Shown: positions 21,331-31,238 of the stretch, in pieces
How the letters are laid out: every line of letters starts with the position of its first letter
Numbering within the stretch: position 1 is the stretch's first letter
Origin: an uncultured Bacilli bacterium
GTDB taxonomy: Bacteria; Bacillota_I; Bacilli_A; RF39; UBA660
Direction: 5' to 3'
DNA: 64,000 bases
Assembly: GCA_934131005.1 (NCBI GenBank)
Contig: CAKOYV010000004.1
Coordinates: 37,344 to 101,343 of the forward strand
The notes under the pieces: model-generated
What the model saw: only the letters and a program-made list of their open reading frames with translations
What the model was told of the DNA's origin: nothing
Database searches by the model: none
Made by a program: the position numbers and the translations under genes

Positions 21331-22549
21331 CCTTTAATAACAACAAAAGCAAAATAATTAAAATACCTATAATAATATTTTTTCTATTATCAATATAAAA
21401 TTGCTTATCAGATAATTTTTCTCTTAATTCAACAATAGAATCAATAATTTTTTCACAAATATTATCCTCACCAAAAATACTTTCCTTTTTATCAATAATT
21501 TTATTCAAAAACTTATCATAAATAAAACCATGTCGCCTATTACTAGCAGTTTTATTATTATCAACAGCTACACTACTATCTACATTGCTATTAGACAAAC
21601 GATTAACATCATAAATACTAATAGTTTTATTCGAACCAATTATATTTTGAGCATCCTTATTTGCAATAGAATTATCATCCCCATTATCAGTCAAAAAACG
21701 CTTCAAAGCCCCCTTCATAACACTAACATCTTTATATCTATCAGTAACATAAAAAGCACAAGCATTAAAAATAATCGTCATCAAATCATTGCTAACACCC
21801 TTAATAATAGGAATAACAGAGCCAGACATTCTAAGCTTAAAAGCCATTTTATCACTAACAAACAAACCAACAAAAGGCAACTTACCTCTATTCAAGAATT
21901 GATACATAACAAGCCCTAAAGAATAAAGATCAGCACTATTAGTAATATTCTCATTATTATAAACTTCAGGAGCCACATAAAGACAATTATTATCAATTTT
22001 ATCTAAAACACCAAAATCTCCTAACTTATACTTACCATCACTACCTATAAAAATATTATTTGGTTTAATATTTTTATGAACTATTCCATATTTTTTCAAA
22101 AACTCTAGTGCATTACAAATATCAATTCCCATTTGAGCAATATCATTAACCAAAAGTTTTTTATTATTAAAATCTCCTAAAACTTCAGAAACTAATTCCA
22201 TTCTTAGATAAACATCATATCCCACTCCATCTCGATGTGGCTCCTGATAATAATCATAATAATTTAATATATATTGATTATTATATCTTCTAATAATATC
22301 AAAATCTTTTTTTAATTCATCTAATATTTTTTTATAATAATCATTGGCTTCATTTCTTGATTTTATTAATCCTAGACGTATTAATTCATCTATATCACCA
22401 GTTGTTTTAGGAAAGCTAATATACTTAATAGCACTATAAACATTAGCATTTCCATTATTTTTAACAGCTTTATAAACTTCTCCTGTACTACCTTCACCTA
22501 TTTTATCAACAATCTGCCAGCCATCCCATAAAACTCTTCTCATATTCAC
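20261..22549 (-). CDS. Hanks-type Ser/Thr protein kinase homolog (HRD->HKN variant) with TM segment and extracellular Cys-bounded repeat domain
   Basis: IGEGSTGEVYKA, AIK, DFG and APE are present. The catalytic loop reads VHKNIKPNN. TM segment IIIGILIILLLLLL. About 13 C-x2-G-Y-x-L-x-G-x-K-C units in the C-terminal part. Confidence 0.85.
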   Translation of the reverse strand: MNMRRVLWDGWQIVDKIGEGSTGEVYKAVKNNGNANVYSAIKYISFPKTTGDIDELIRLGLIKSRNEANDYYKKILDELKKDFDIIRRYNNQYILNYYDYYQEPHRDGVGYDVYLRMELVSEVLGDFNNKKLLVNDIAQMGIDICNALEFLKKYGIVHKNIKPNNIFIGSDGKYKLGDFGVLDKIDNNCLYVAPEVYNNENITNSADLYSLGLVMYQFLNRGKLPFVGLFVSDKMAFKLRMSGSVIPIIKGVSNDLMTIIFNACAFYVTDRYKDVSVMKGALKRFLTDNGDDNSIANKDAQNIIGSNKTISIYDVNRLSNSNVDSSVAVDNNKTASNRRHGFIYDKFLNKIIDKKESIFGEDNICEKIIDSIVELREKLSDKQFYIDNRKNIIIGILIILLLLLLKGCVFSTKKCDKGYINNYGLCVKGWYTCDKGYSLNKNNKCSKTLKSIDANVKYVCDDGYTLQDKVCLKSDTKDAKQAYQCAGLGRLEGDKCIQEQKTKAAVTYTCPSGYILYDNKCSTASNKTASASYSCPSGYTLSGNKCSKTEYSSPITSGGGYSCSSGDTLSGSKCYRNATCSTSGGGYNNSYICRYNPYYPGCQSSTTTTCECPYGYTKSGTQCYKDASYNRGSSYCSNGSLSGGSCVYSVTIPATVKYSCPSGYQTYGNQCITTSSIQPSPKYYCAGGLELKGDQCVATITADAIKGFECSDGYALAGNTCVLNDKKDAKAEYSCSKVYTLNGDKCEKYKILSPIKHFGEKK

Positions 22550-24876
22550 CTCCTATTATTTAATTGTCTTCTTAACAAGAAATAGCACGCTACTAAAATT
22601 ACCAATCCCATTAAAACTATAATTTTAATATCATTCATATAATGTACTTTTGTAAAAATAAAATAATCTTCAGGATCCCTCTCATAACTAGGTTGCAATT
22701 TTTGAATTTCATTAGGCATACTATTCAAATCGCATGTAATACCAAAAAGTTGAATAGCCCATCTATCTAAAATAAATACCGATAATTTTTCTAAAACTCC
22801 ATCAAGTGGCAAAAAAGAACCATTTAAAACAAGTTGAGGTATAAGTGTAATTGGCGCTAACATAACAGCATTAGATGAATTTTTAGAAATTGCTGACAAA
22901 AACAAACCTAAACAAGTTGAACAAACTGTTATTAAGAAAAACGAGCCCATCATCTCAAGAGGCCAATTAGTCATTATTCCATCATCCGGAACAAAACCAA
23001 AGAAATACATAAAAACAGAAATAAATAGCACCGACTGAATCAAACACAAAATAATTTGAATCCATAATTTTGATGCAAAATATGCCGACAATTTCAAATC
23101 TGCCATATATTCTCGCTTCAAAATTGATCTTTCTTTACAAATAACTTGAATAGAATTAAGCGTTCCTAACCAAATTGCTGCTATTGTCATCGCAAACAAC
23201 ATCATTTTTGTCGTTTCATACCCCTCAAACATATCATCAGGAGCAACTAATGCAAACATATAGGCAATAAATGGAGACTGTAATAACAATAAAAGTAACA
23301 TCTGCCTATCATTCAAAATAGTTTTTGCATATCTCTTAGATAAAGTAATAAACTGTTTCATAAAAGATCTCTTATTTCTTCCCTGTTTAACAAAACTATT
23401 AGAACTCTTACGGACTACTACTTTCTCACAATATGCTGAATTATTATAAGCATTATACCATTTATTAACATCACTACTAATCAAATTATAAATATCAACA
23501 AAATCATTAACCCCAAAAAAATTAAGTGTATCCCTTGGTGAGCCCGCAAAACAAAGCTTTCCTCCTTCACCAAAGAAACAAATTTTATCACATAAATGCA
23601 AATTCAAAGTATTATGTGTTACTAAAATAATTGTCTTCCCACTAGCAGCCATCTTTTTCAAAATATTCATCAAACTTCTCTCTGTACCAGGATCAAGACC
23701 GCTAGTAGGTTCATCTAGGAAAAACAATTTAGGATCTGCTAATAACTCAACAGCTATACTAGCTCTCTTTCTCTGACCACCAGAAAGATTTCTAATCATA
23801 ACATCTTTTTTAGTTGTTAGCTCTACTATCTCTAAAACTTCTTTTATTCTTTTGTTCTTCTCATCCATTGTAGCATCATCTGGCATTCTTAAATTAGCCG
23901 AATATTTCAACATATCATATAAAGTTAAATCTTTAAAAACAATATCATCTTGAGGAACATAACCAATAATTTTCTTCAAAACAGCATAATTTTTAAATAA
24001 ATCATTACCATTAACATAAACATGACCACTCGTTGGACGTGAAACTCCACTAATACAATTCATAAAAGTACTCTTACCAGCACCAGAGCCACCAACAAGT
24101 GCAACAAATTCCCCAGGTTTAATAGATAAATTAACATGATAAGAAATATCTCTTTTTTTTCCTTTAACACTAACAGTTTTAACTATATCAACTGCATCAA
24201 CTCCAACACCTCGATCATACATTTGATAAAAAATTCTTCCCTTATCATATATCAACTTAGCATCTGCAATTAAAATAACATCTCTTTCTTTTAAAACCAC
24301 TTGTCCCTTTAATAAATAGCCATTAACAAGAATACTACTAGTAGGATCATTAGAAACTAAAATGAATTTATCACCATTCTTATAAATATTAGCAATATTA
24401 AGTGCAACACTAACATGATGAAGAACTATATCTGATTTAACATCTCTACCAATAGACACAACATCTTTAGAATTTAAATCAAACTGCTGCCAAGCATCAA
24501 CATTTTCTCCCAAAGAAATTATCATAATTACTCCTATTGCAAGAGGAGAAGCAGGATTATCTATCTTAATAGCATCACCATCTCGTAAATAAATTTCACT
24601 TACTCTATTATTATTCACAAAAATTCCATTTATACTATTATTATCAACAACTTTAAGTTTATCATCAACAAATTCAAAAAAACCATGATTAGGAGAAACT
24701 AATAAAGAATTCAATATAATATCATTATTACTATTCCTTCCAAACAAAATTCTTTTTTTTCTAAATTTATTTAAAACTATATTTTTAATGTTATTTTCTT
24801 CAATTATAGTAACTGTATATTTTACATCCTTTTTTAAAGAAGAATTAGCTATAACCTCGCTCATTTTACCAGCCAC
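22546..24876 (-). CDS. ABC transporter (NBD-TMD fusion, ABC-2/ABCG-like) with two N-terminal FHA domains
   Basis: Two FHA signatures (GR...S..H...NG). Walker A GGSGAGKST, ABC signature LSGGQRKR, Walker B FFLDEPTSGLD. Six C-terminal TM helices. Stop overlaps the kinase start by 4 nt. Confidence 0.85.
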   Translation of the reverse strand: MAGKMSEVIANSSLKKDVKYTVTIIEENNIKNIVLNKFRKKRILFGRNSNNDIILNSLLVSPNHGFFEFVDDKLKVVDNNSINGIFVNNNRVSEIYLRDGDAIKIDNPASPLAIGVIMIISLGENVDAWQQFDLNSKDVVSIGRDVKSDIVLHHVSVALNIANIYKNGDKFILVSNDPTSSILVNGYLLKGQVVLKERDVILIADAKLIYDKGRIFYQMYDRGVGVDAVDIVKTVSVKGKKRDISYHVNLSIKPGEFVALVGGSGAGKSTFMNCISGVSRPTSGHVYVNGNDLFKNYAVLKKIIGYVPQDDIVFKDLTLYDMLKYSANLRMPDDATMDEKNKRIKEVLEIVELTTKKDVMIRNLSGGQRKRASIAVELLADPKLFFLDEPTSGLDPGTERSLMNILKKMAASGKTIILVTHNTLNLHLCDKICFFGEGGKLCFAGSPRDTLNFFGVNDFVDIYNLISSDVNKWYNAYNNSAYCEKVVVRKSSNSFVKQGRNKRSFMKQFITLSKRYAKTILNDRQMLLLLLLQSPFIAYMFALVAPDDMFEGYETTKMMLFAMTIAAIWLGTLNSIQVICKERSILKREYMADLKLSAYFASKLWIQIILCLIQSVLFISVFMYFFGFVPDDGIMTNWPLEMMGSFFLITVCSTCLGLFLSAISKNSSNAVMLAPITLIPQLVLNGSFLPLDGVLEKLSVFILDRWAIQLFGITCDLNSMPNEIQKLQPSYERDPEDYFIFTKVHYMNDIKIIVLMGLVILVACYFLLRRQLNNRR

Positions 24877-24980
24877 CTATTTCTACCATAATATTAACAA
24901 TATTATAACATTTATCTATTAACAAATCAATTCTAAACATGAAGAAAAAACAGAGTTTTAACAACCCCATCTTTTCATCT

Positions 24981-26480
24981 TTATTTAAATAATCCTTTAA
25001 AGAAATTTTTAATATTATTAACTATTCCCTTGTTACTAGTATTAGTATTGCTACTACTTGTATCCCTCATATTTACCTGATTCAAGAAACTAGTAACTTT
25101 ATTTTTATATTCCTCTTTATGTTGTCCAACAATTATAAATGCATGTGGAGAACCGTCAGGTCTATATTGTTCTACAACATTACTATTACTAATAACAGTA
25201 TCAGCATTACTAGGAGGAACAGTAGTATCACCACTACCATGAATTACCATAACTTTAACATTACTATCCGCACGTCTTCCATTCCCAAAAGCATCTTGAT
25301 AATTATCAAAGTTATTACTACTCAAACCAGTTTTAATTAAATTACCTGTCAAAACTGTTTTTATTAATAAATTAACAGTATTAGTATTATCACCATTAAT
25401 TTTCAAGCTTCCCAAACTTCCTAAAGTATTACCACTAGATTTATTTGCTCCCCAAGACTTAAATCCACTACCATTACCAAATAATTCATTTGAATCACTA
25501 GAAATAGTATTCTTAGAACCACTAGTACTTGGTAACATTGAAGTTATAATACCTGTCATAGATGTATATCCACAATCATCAACAACTCCTACAACATTCT
25601 TACTAGATATCGATGGCATAGTTCCAACTCCTGTAACATTGACACCACCCATTGTCAAAGATTGAATAGTAGTAGCTCCTCCAAGAGAAATACCATGAAT
25701 TACAATTTTACTTGGTTTAGTATCCTTCTTAATATCACTACTTGTATTCAAATAATCCAACCAATTCATAACATCAAGACTCTCCAAAAATCCCATAGCA
25801 ACGCTACCATTACTACTACCAAATCCTCTCAAGTCAATTGCCAAAACATTAACATTATTATCTAAATACATTTTACCAACAGCACTAGCCATTGAATCAG
25901 CACTCATCATATTACCATGAACAAGTAATGCCCAATTATTAGAAGTTTTACTAGCATAATAAACATTAGCATGTAGCTGAACACAATAACTATTTTTATC
26001 CTTACCTGTAGCTGCAATAAACTTACAAACATTATCTGAACTAATTGTAACCTCACTATCAGGAGTCAACTTACTACCACCATTAAATAATCCCAAAATA
26101 CCATCAAAAAATGAATTTAAACTAAGGGTCATAGTGTTAACAAGCTCAACTGTACTATCATAATCATCTGTTACAGTAGTATTTAATAAATTATTAGCCA
26201 TATAATCTACTCCATCATCATTATGATATTTACTTTGTAAATTCTTTATCTCACTAGTGATTGTATGCTTAGCCAAACTAACAGACATATTAGAATCAAT
26301 ATTTTCTAAACAATCACCAACATCATATAAAAAATTTTGATAAATTTCTCCCTTACTCTCATCAAGAGCATTTTTATTATCTCTTATAGAAAACATTCCC
26401 ATTGAAAAAGATAATACAGATACAACACATAAAACAATAGCAACAATAATTATCCATTGTTTCTTACCAAATTTATTCAC
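24981..26480 (-). CDS. Membrane-anchored alpha/beta-hydrolase (esterase/lipase-like)
   Basis: N-terminal TM or signal segment. GxSxG nucleophile elbow (HGISLGG). 499 aa, Ser/Asn/Gly-rich. Confidence 0.65.
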   Translation of the reverse strand: MNKFGKKQWIIIVAIVLCVVSVLSFSMGMFSIRDNKNALDESKGEIYQNFLYDVGDCLENIDSNMSVSLAKHTITSEIKNLQSKYHNDDGVDYMANNLLNTTVTDDYDSTVELVNTMTLSLNSFFDGILGLFNGGSKLTPDSEVTISSDNVCKFIAATGKDKNSYCVQLHANVYYASKTSNNWALLVHGNMMSADSMASAVGKMYLDNNVNVLAIDLRGFGSSNGSVAMGFLESLDVMNWLDYLNTSSDIKKDTKPSKIVIHGISLGGATTIQSLTMGGVNVTGVGTMPSISSKNVVGVVDDCGYTSMTGIITSMLPSTSGSKNTISSDSNELFGNGSGFKSWGANKSSGNTLGSLGSLKINGDNTNTVNLLIKTVLTGNLIKTGLSSNNFDNYQDAFGNGRRADSNVKVMVIHGSGDTTVPPSNADTVISNSNVVEQYRPDGSPHAFIIVGQHKEEYKNKVTSFLNQVNMRDTSSSNTNTSNKGIVNNIKNFFKGLFK

Positions 26481-26504
26481 AATTATTTACACTCCTTTAC
26501 TATA

Positions 26505-27845
26505 TCAGTTTAACACTTCTTCAATCATTAAAGCAAGCTCCGATGCATATTTTTTAATTTTTTCTAAATCATTACCCTCAATCATAACTCTTATCAATGG
26601 CTCCGTTCCACTAGGTCTTACTAAAACACGCCCATCACTTGCAAGCTCATTACTAATTCTATCAATTTCATCACTAATTTCATCATCAGTATAAAAATCA
26701 TTCTTCTTCTCATTCAAAACCTTAACATTAATCAATACTTGTGGATATTTTTCCATAACACTAGCAAGCTCATTCAAACTTTTGCCACTTCTCTTCATAA
26801 TTTCAAGCACTTTAATAGAAGTCAATTCTCCATCACCAGTATTTGCAAATTTTTTAAATATAACATGACCAGATTGCTCTCCACCAAGAACATATCCCTT
26901 TAGTAACATTTCCTCCAAAACATACCTATCCCCAACTTTAGTTGCCACAAAATTAATTTTTTTATCTTCACAAAACTTAACAAATCCCAAATTACTCATT
27001 ACTGTTCCAACAACAGTATCTCCCTGAAGCTCTCCTCTAGTATGCATATCATTTGCCAAAATAGCTAAAATATAATCCCCATCAATAATATTCCCCGAAG
27101 AGTCTACCATAATACATCTATCAGCATCTCCATCATAAGCAATTCCACAATCAAAGCCCTCACTAACAACTTTCTCAACTAACCCCTCAATATGAGTAGA
27201 ACCACAATTATCATTAATATTAATACCATCTGGTCTACAATTAATAATATAACTATCTGCCTCTAACTTCGAAAATAACGCATTAGCAACAGCAGAAGCA
27301 GAACCATTAGCACAATCAACAGCAATCTTTAAACCATTCAACTTAACACTACAACTATTAGCAAGATGTTCAACATAATCAACAATTGGATTATAACCTA
27401 CTAAAACATGACCAATTTTATCACCAAAATTTTTATAATCATCAATATTATCCATAACATCTTCAATCTCATCTTCTAAAGCATCAGGAAGTTTATATCC
27501 CATTCTATCAAAAATTTTAATACCATTATATTCACTAGGATTATGACTAGCTGATACCATAATACCAGCTTGAGCCTCATATTTACAAATTAAATAAGAA
27601 ACACAAGGTGTAGGAACTACTCCCAAATTAATAACATCAACCCCCACAGAACATAAACCAGCAATTAAACTACTAACTAGCATATCACCACTAATCCTTG
27701 TATCCTGTCCTATCAAAATCGTAACTTTCTTTCTCTTCTTAGTTAGTACAATTGCTGTAGCAATTCCCAAATTCATAGCAAACTCAGCTGTTAAATCTAC
27801 ATTAGCAATTCCTCTAACACCATCCGTACCAAATAATCTTCTCAT
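26505..27845 (-). CDS. glmM: Phosphoglucosamine mutase
   Basis: Active-site SASHNP. Four-domain alpha-D-phosphohexomutase layout. 446 aa. Confidence 0.93.
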   Translation of the reverse strand: MRRLFGTDGVRGIANVDLTAEFAMNLGIATAIVLTKKRKKVTILIGQDTRISGDMLVSSLIAGLCSVGVDVINLGVVPTPCVSYLICKYEAQAGIMVSASHNPSEYNGIKIFDRMGYKLPDALEDEIEDVMDNIDDYKNFGDKIGHVLVGYNPIVDYVEHLANSCSVKLNGLKIAVDCANGSASAVANALFSKLEADSYIINCRPDGININDNCGSTHIEGLVEKVVSEGFDCGIAYDGDADRCIMVDSSGNIIDGDYILAILANDMHTRGELQGDTVVGTVMSNLGFVKFCEDKKINFVATKVGDRYVLEEMLLKGYVLGGEQSGHVIFKKFANTGDGELTSIKVLEIMKRSGKSLNELASVMEKYPQVLINVKVLNEKKNDFYTDDEISDEIDRISNELASDGRVLVRPSGTEPLIRVMIEGNDLEKIKKYASELALMIEEVLN

Positions 27846-28507
27846 TATCTTACCTCTTTTCTAACTATCTCTGAACTACTCTTTACAATACAATTTTCTA
27901 AAATAACACCTCTAACTCTAGTTAATGGATAAATAGTCACATTAGAACCAATAATTGTTCCTGGAAATAAAGTACTATTACAACCAATTTCTACATAATC
28001 ACCAATAATAGAACCCATCTTACGAAGAGATGTCTCTATCTTCTCATTCCCATTCGAAATAACAATATTACTACGATCACTCTTAATATTAGCCGCAACA
28101 ACTCCAGCTCCCATATGAGAATGATACCCCATAATAGAATCTCCTAAATAATTAAAATGTGGAATTTGACAATTATCAAAAATAATAGAATTCTTTATCT
28201 CACAAGAATTACCTATAACACAATTACGTCCCACTATAACACTACCTCTAATATAAGCACAATGCCTAATCTCAGCTTTCTTATCTATAATACAAGGTCC
28301 AATTATCTTAGCACTCTCATCAACATATGCATCTTTAGAAATCCATATATCATCCCCAATCTTCTCATATTCATCACTATCTAATTTACTTCCAATTTTA
28401 ATAACCCAATCTCTAATTTTTGGAATTATTTTAATAAAATCATCACACTCTTCAAACATTTCTTTACCAATAGTGTGATTTATATCTACATACTTACTTA
28501 TATCCAT
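27845..28507 (-). CDS. Hexapeptide-repeat (left-handed beta-helix) acetyltransferase, GlmU C-terminal-domain-like, standalone
   Basis: Hexapeptide repeats including ...EIKNSIIFDNCQIPHFNYLGDSIMGYHSHMGAGVVAAN..., which resembles the GlmU acetyltransferase core. No uridylyltransferase domain. Its start overlaps the glmM stop. Confidence 0.6.
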   Translation of the reverse strand: MDISKYVDINHTIGKEMFEECDDFIKIIPKIRDWVIKIGSKLDSDEYEKIGDDIWISKDAYVDESAKIIGPCIIDKKAEIRHCAYIRGSVIVGRNCVIGNSCEIKNSIIFDNCQIPHFNYLGDSIMGYHSHMGAGVVAANIKSDRSNIVISNGNEKIETSLRKMGSIIGDYVEIGCNSTLFPGTIIGSNVTIYPLTRVRGVILENCIVKSSSEIVRKEVR

Positions 28508-28599
28508 ATCAAATCCTCCTATGCTAAACATAATAATCTTATCACAAAATTACAAAGAAAAAAAGAGAAAACATCAAGTTTTACTCTTCTACAATAAAT

Positions 28600-30624
28600 T
28601 TATTCAACCTTATAATCACAACTATTACACTTAACACCATCACGACCATTAACAAGAAGTCCACCACAAGAAGGACAAACTTCTCCTGTAGGCTTATCCC
28701 AACAAGCAACCTTGCACTTAGGATAATTATTACATCCATAAAACATTTTACCCCTACGAGTTTTTTTCTCAACTATCTTTCCATCACATTTAGGACAATC
28801 CATAATTATAACTTCTTCTCGATCATCCATACCTTTAATATATTTACAATCAGGATAATTAGAACACGCTATAAACTTACCATATCTAGATTGCTTTATA
28901 ACCAAAGGATTTCCACATTTAGGACACATCTCTCCTGTTTCAGTAGGTGCTTTTTTCTCCATTTCCTTAAACGCTGCTTCTACCTTAGGCTCAAACTCAT
29001 CATAAAATCTATCTAATAACTTGTACCAAATTAACTTACCATCTGCAATCTTATCTAAATCATCTTCCATCTCTTTAGTATATTTTACATTAATAATATC
29101 CTTAAAGAATTCTTGCAATCTATCTGTAATATCAATACCAATATCAGTTGGAATAAATTTTTTCTCCAAAACAGTTACATAAGCCCTCTCCTTTAAAGTA
29201 TCAATTGTCTTAGCGTATGTTGAAGGCCTTCCAATTCCCAATTCTTCCATCTCTTTAATCAACTTAGACTCTGTATATCTAGCAGGTGGCTTTGTCTCAT
29301 GTCGTGAGTATTCTATTTTTTCACTATCTAAATAATCCCCCTCACTAATAACAGGCAAAATCTTATCCTTACTATCTTCATAATCAGAATAAACTTTCAA
29401 ATAACCATCAAAAATTAATACTTGTCCCGTTGTCTTAAATCTATACTCATTATTATTTAAAACAATACTAGTAGCCTCTACCTTAGCACTTGCAAATAAA
29501 CTAGCAAGAGCGCGATAATATATCATACGATATAACTTATACTCATCATTAGATAAATACTCTCGTAAATCTTCTGGATTTCTATTAATACTAGTAGGTC
29601 TAATAGCCTCATGAGCATCCTGAACATTTTCCTTTTTCTTACTTATCTTAACATGCCCAACATACTTATCCCCATAATTACTTTTAATATAAGCATAAGC
29701 ATTCTTAACAAACTCATCACTCATTCTAACAGAATCTGTTCTCATATAAGTAATCAACCCAACAGTCTCACTACCAATATTAATTCCCTCATACAACCTC
29801 TGAGCAACTGACATAGTTTTCTTAGAAGTAAAATTAAGTTTATTACTAGCTTCCTGTTGCATTGTTGATGTAGTAAAAGGATATTTACTTTTTCTCTGAC
29901 GCTTACGTTTCTCAATACTCTCAACCAAAAATTTCTTATCCAACTGATCAATAATTTTTAAAGCCTCATCCTCAGTCTTAATCTCTATTTTCTTATTATG
30001 ATAACTATCTAACTTCGCATCCATTTCCTTAAAATAAGCATCAATCTCATAATACTCTTCTATATTAAAAGCATTAATTTCTCTCTCACGATCAACAATC
30101 AACTTAAGAGCAACACTCTGAACCCTACCAGCAGACTTCCCTTCCGTCTTAGACTGCATAAGTTTACTAAGTCTAAAACCAATAATTCTATCAAGTATTC
30201 TTCTAGCTTCTTGTGATTTAACCAAATTATCATCTATCTTCCTAGCTTTAGAAAAAGAATTTAAAATAACATCACGAGTTATTTCATTAAAGACAATTCT
30301 CTCATAATCACCATCTTCAAGACCAAGAGCATCATAAAGATGCCATGAAATAGCTTCTCCCTCTCTATCAGGATCTGTTGCTAAATATACAAAATCACTA
30401 TTCTTAACATCTCGCTTAAGCTCTGTTACTAATTTTTTCTTTCCCTTAATAATTTTATAATCAGGCTTAAAATGATTTTCTAAATCAACCCCAAAACCAA
30501 ACTTACCAGTCGTAGACAAATCCCTTATATGCCCAAGAGAAGATACAACCTTATAATCACTACCCAAATATTTTTCTATTGTTTTACTTTTACTAGGAGA
30601 CTCAACTATAACTAATTTTTTCAA
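28600..30624 (-). CDS. topA: DNA topoisomerase I
   Basis: TOPRIM N-terminus (VIVESPSKSKTI). Active-site Tyr region. Three C-terminal CxxC zinc ribbons. Confidence 0.93.
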   Translation of the reverse strand: MKKLVIVESPSKSKTIEKYLGSDYKVVSSLGHIRDLSTTGKFGFGVDLENHFKPDYKIIKGKKKLVTELKRDVKNSDFVYLATDPDREGEAISWHLYDALGLEDGDYERIVFNEITRDVILNSFSKARKIDDNLVKSQEARRILDRIIGFRLSKLMQSKTEGKSAGRVQSVALKLIVDREREINAFNIEEYYEIDAYFKEMDAKLDSYHNKKIEIKTEDEALKIIDQLDKKFLVESIEKRKRQRKSKYPFTTSTMQQEASNKLNFTSKKTMSVAQRLYEGINIGSETVGLITYMRTDSVRMSDEFVKNAYAYIKSNYGDKYVGHVKISKKKENVQDAHEAIRPTSINRNPEDLREYLSNDEYKLYRMIYYRALASLFASAKVEATSIVLNNNEYRFKTTGQVLIFDGYLKVYSDYEDSKDKILPVISEGDYLDSEKIEYSRHETKPPARYTESKLIKEMEELGIGRPSTYAKTIDTLKERAYVTVLEKKFIPTDIGIDITDRLQEFFKDIINVKYTKEMEDDLDKIADGKLIWYKLLDRFYDEFEPKVEAAFKEMEKKAPTETGEMCPKCGNPLVIKQSRYGKFIACSNYPDCKYIKGMDDREEVIIMDCPKCDGKIVEKKTRRGKMFYGCNNYPKCKVACWDKPTGEVCPSCGGLLVNGRDGVKCNSCDYKVE

Positions 30625-30694
30625 AATAACACTCCTTCCTTTCTTATGTTAAATTATATAATAAAAAATAAACACTTTGTCAAGTACTAACTAA

Positions 30695-31237
30695 CTATAA
30701 CTTCCTCTTAATATACCTCTTCTTCTCTAAATCAGGAATATCAAAAACTATTAACTGATTTAAATAAAAATATCTATACCTCTCAAATAATAAAACAGGA
30801 TTAATATTATTAATATTCTTAAATCTTTTTATATTATGTCCTTTTTCAAACGCTAAGGCCTCACTAATAGGAACATAAATATCATTACAATTATCTAAAT
30901 TCTTATATCTCTTATACCTAGTCCTATAATCCCCTTCACAAACCATATGCATATTACCATTCAAATCAACAATATTATCTGTATATGATCCCAAATATAC
31001 ATAAATAGAATCTACACTATTCACTAATGATACACACTTAAAAGCTTCATTTAAAATCTCTCTTTCACTCTTAACTCTAAAATTATCATATTCATTAACA
31101 ATCTCAGAAAAACAATCACCATTAACTACATTTGATTGATTATCTATTTTCTTTATTAAATCATTAGCCCAAACCAATTCATAATATCGCTCCTTAGCCT
31201 TTAATACATCATCATGCGTAATAATAATCATCTCCAC
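30695..31237 (-). CDS. Hypothetical protein (180 aa)
   Basis: ORF directly downstream of the permease, with a 1-nt gap. No family recognised. Confidence 0.45.
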   Translation of the reverse strand: MEMIIITHDDVLKAKERYYELVWANDLIKKIDNQSNVVNGDCFSEIVNEYDNFRVKSEREILNEAFKCVSLVNSVDSIYVYLGSYTDNIVDLNGNMHMVCEGDYRTRYKRYKNLDNCNDIYVPISEALAFEKGHNIKRFKNINNINPVLLFERYRYFYLNQLIVFDIPDLEKKRYIKRKL

Positions 31238-31238
31238 T

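Noticed and set aside
28581-28772. 63-aa ORF overlapping the topA 3' end
   Set aside because: Out-of-frame overlap with topA zinc-ribbon coding sequence. No support.
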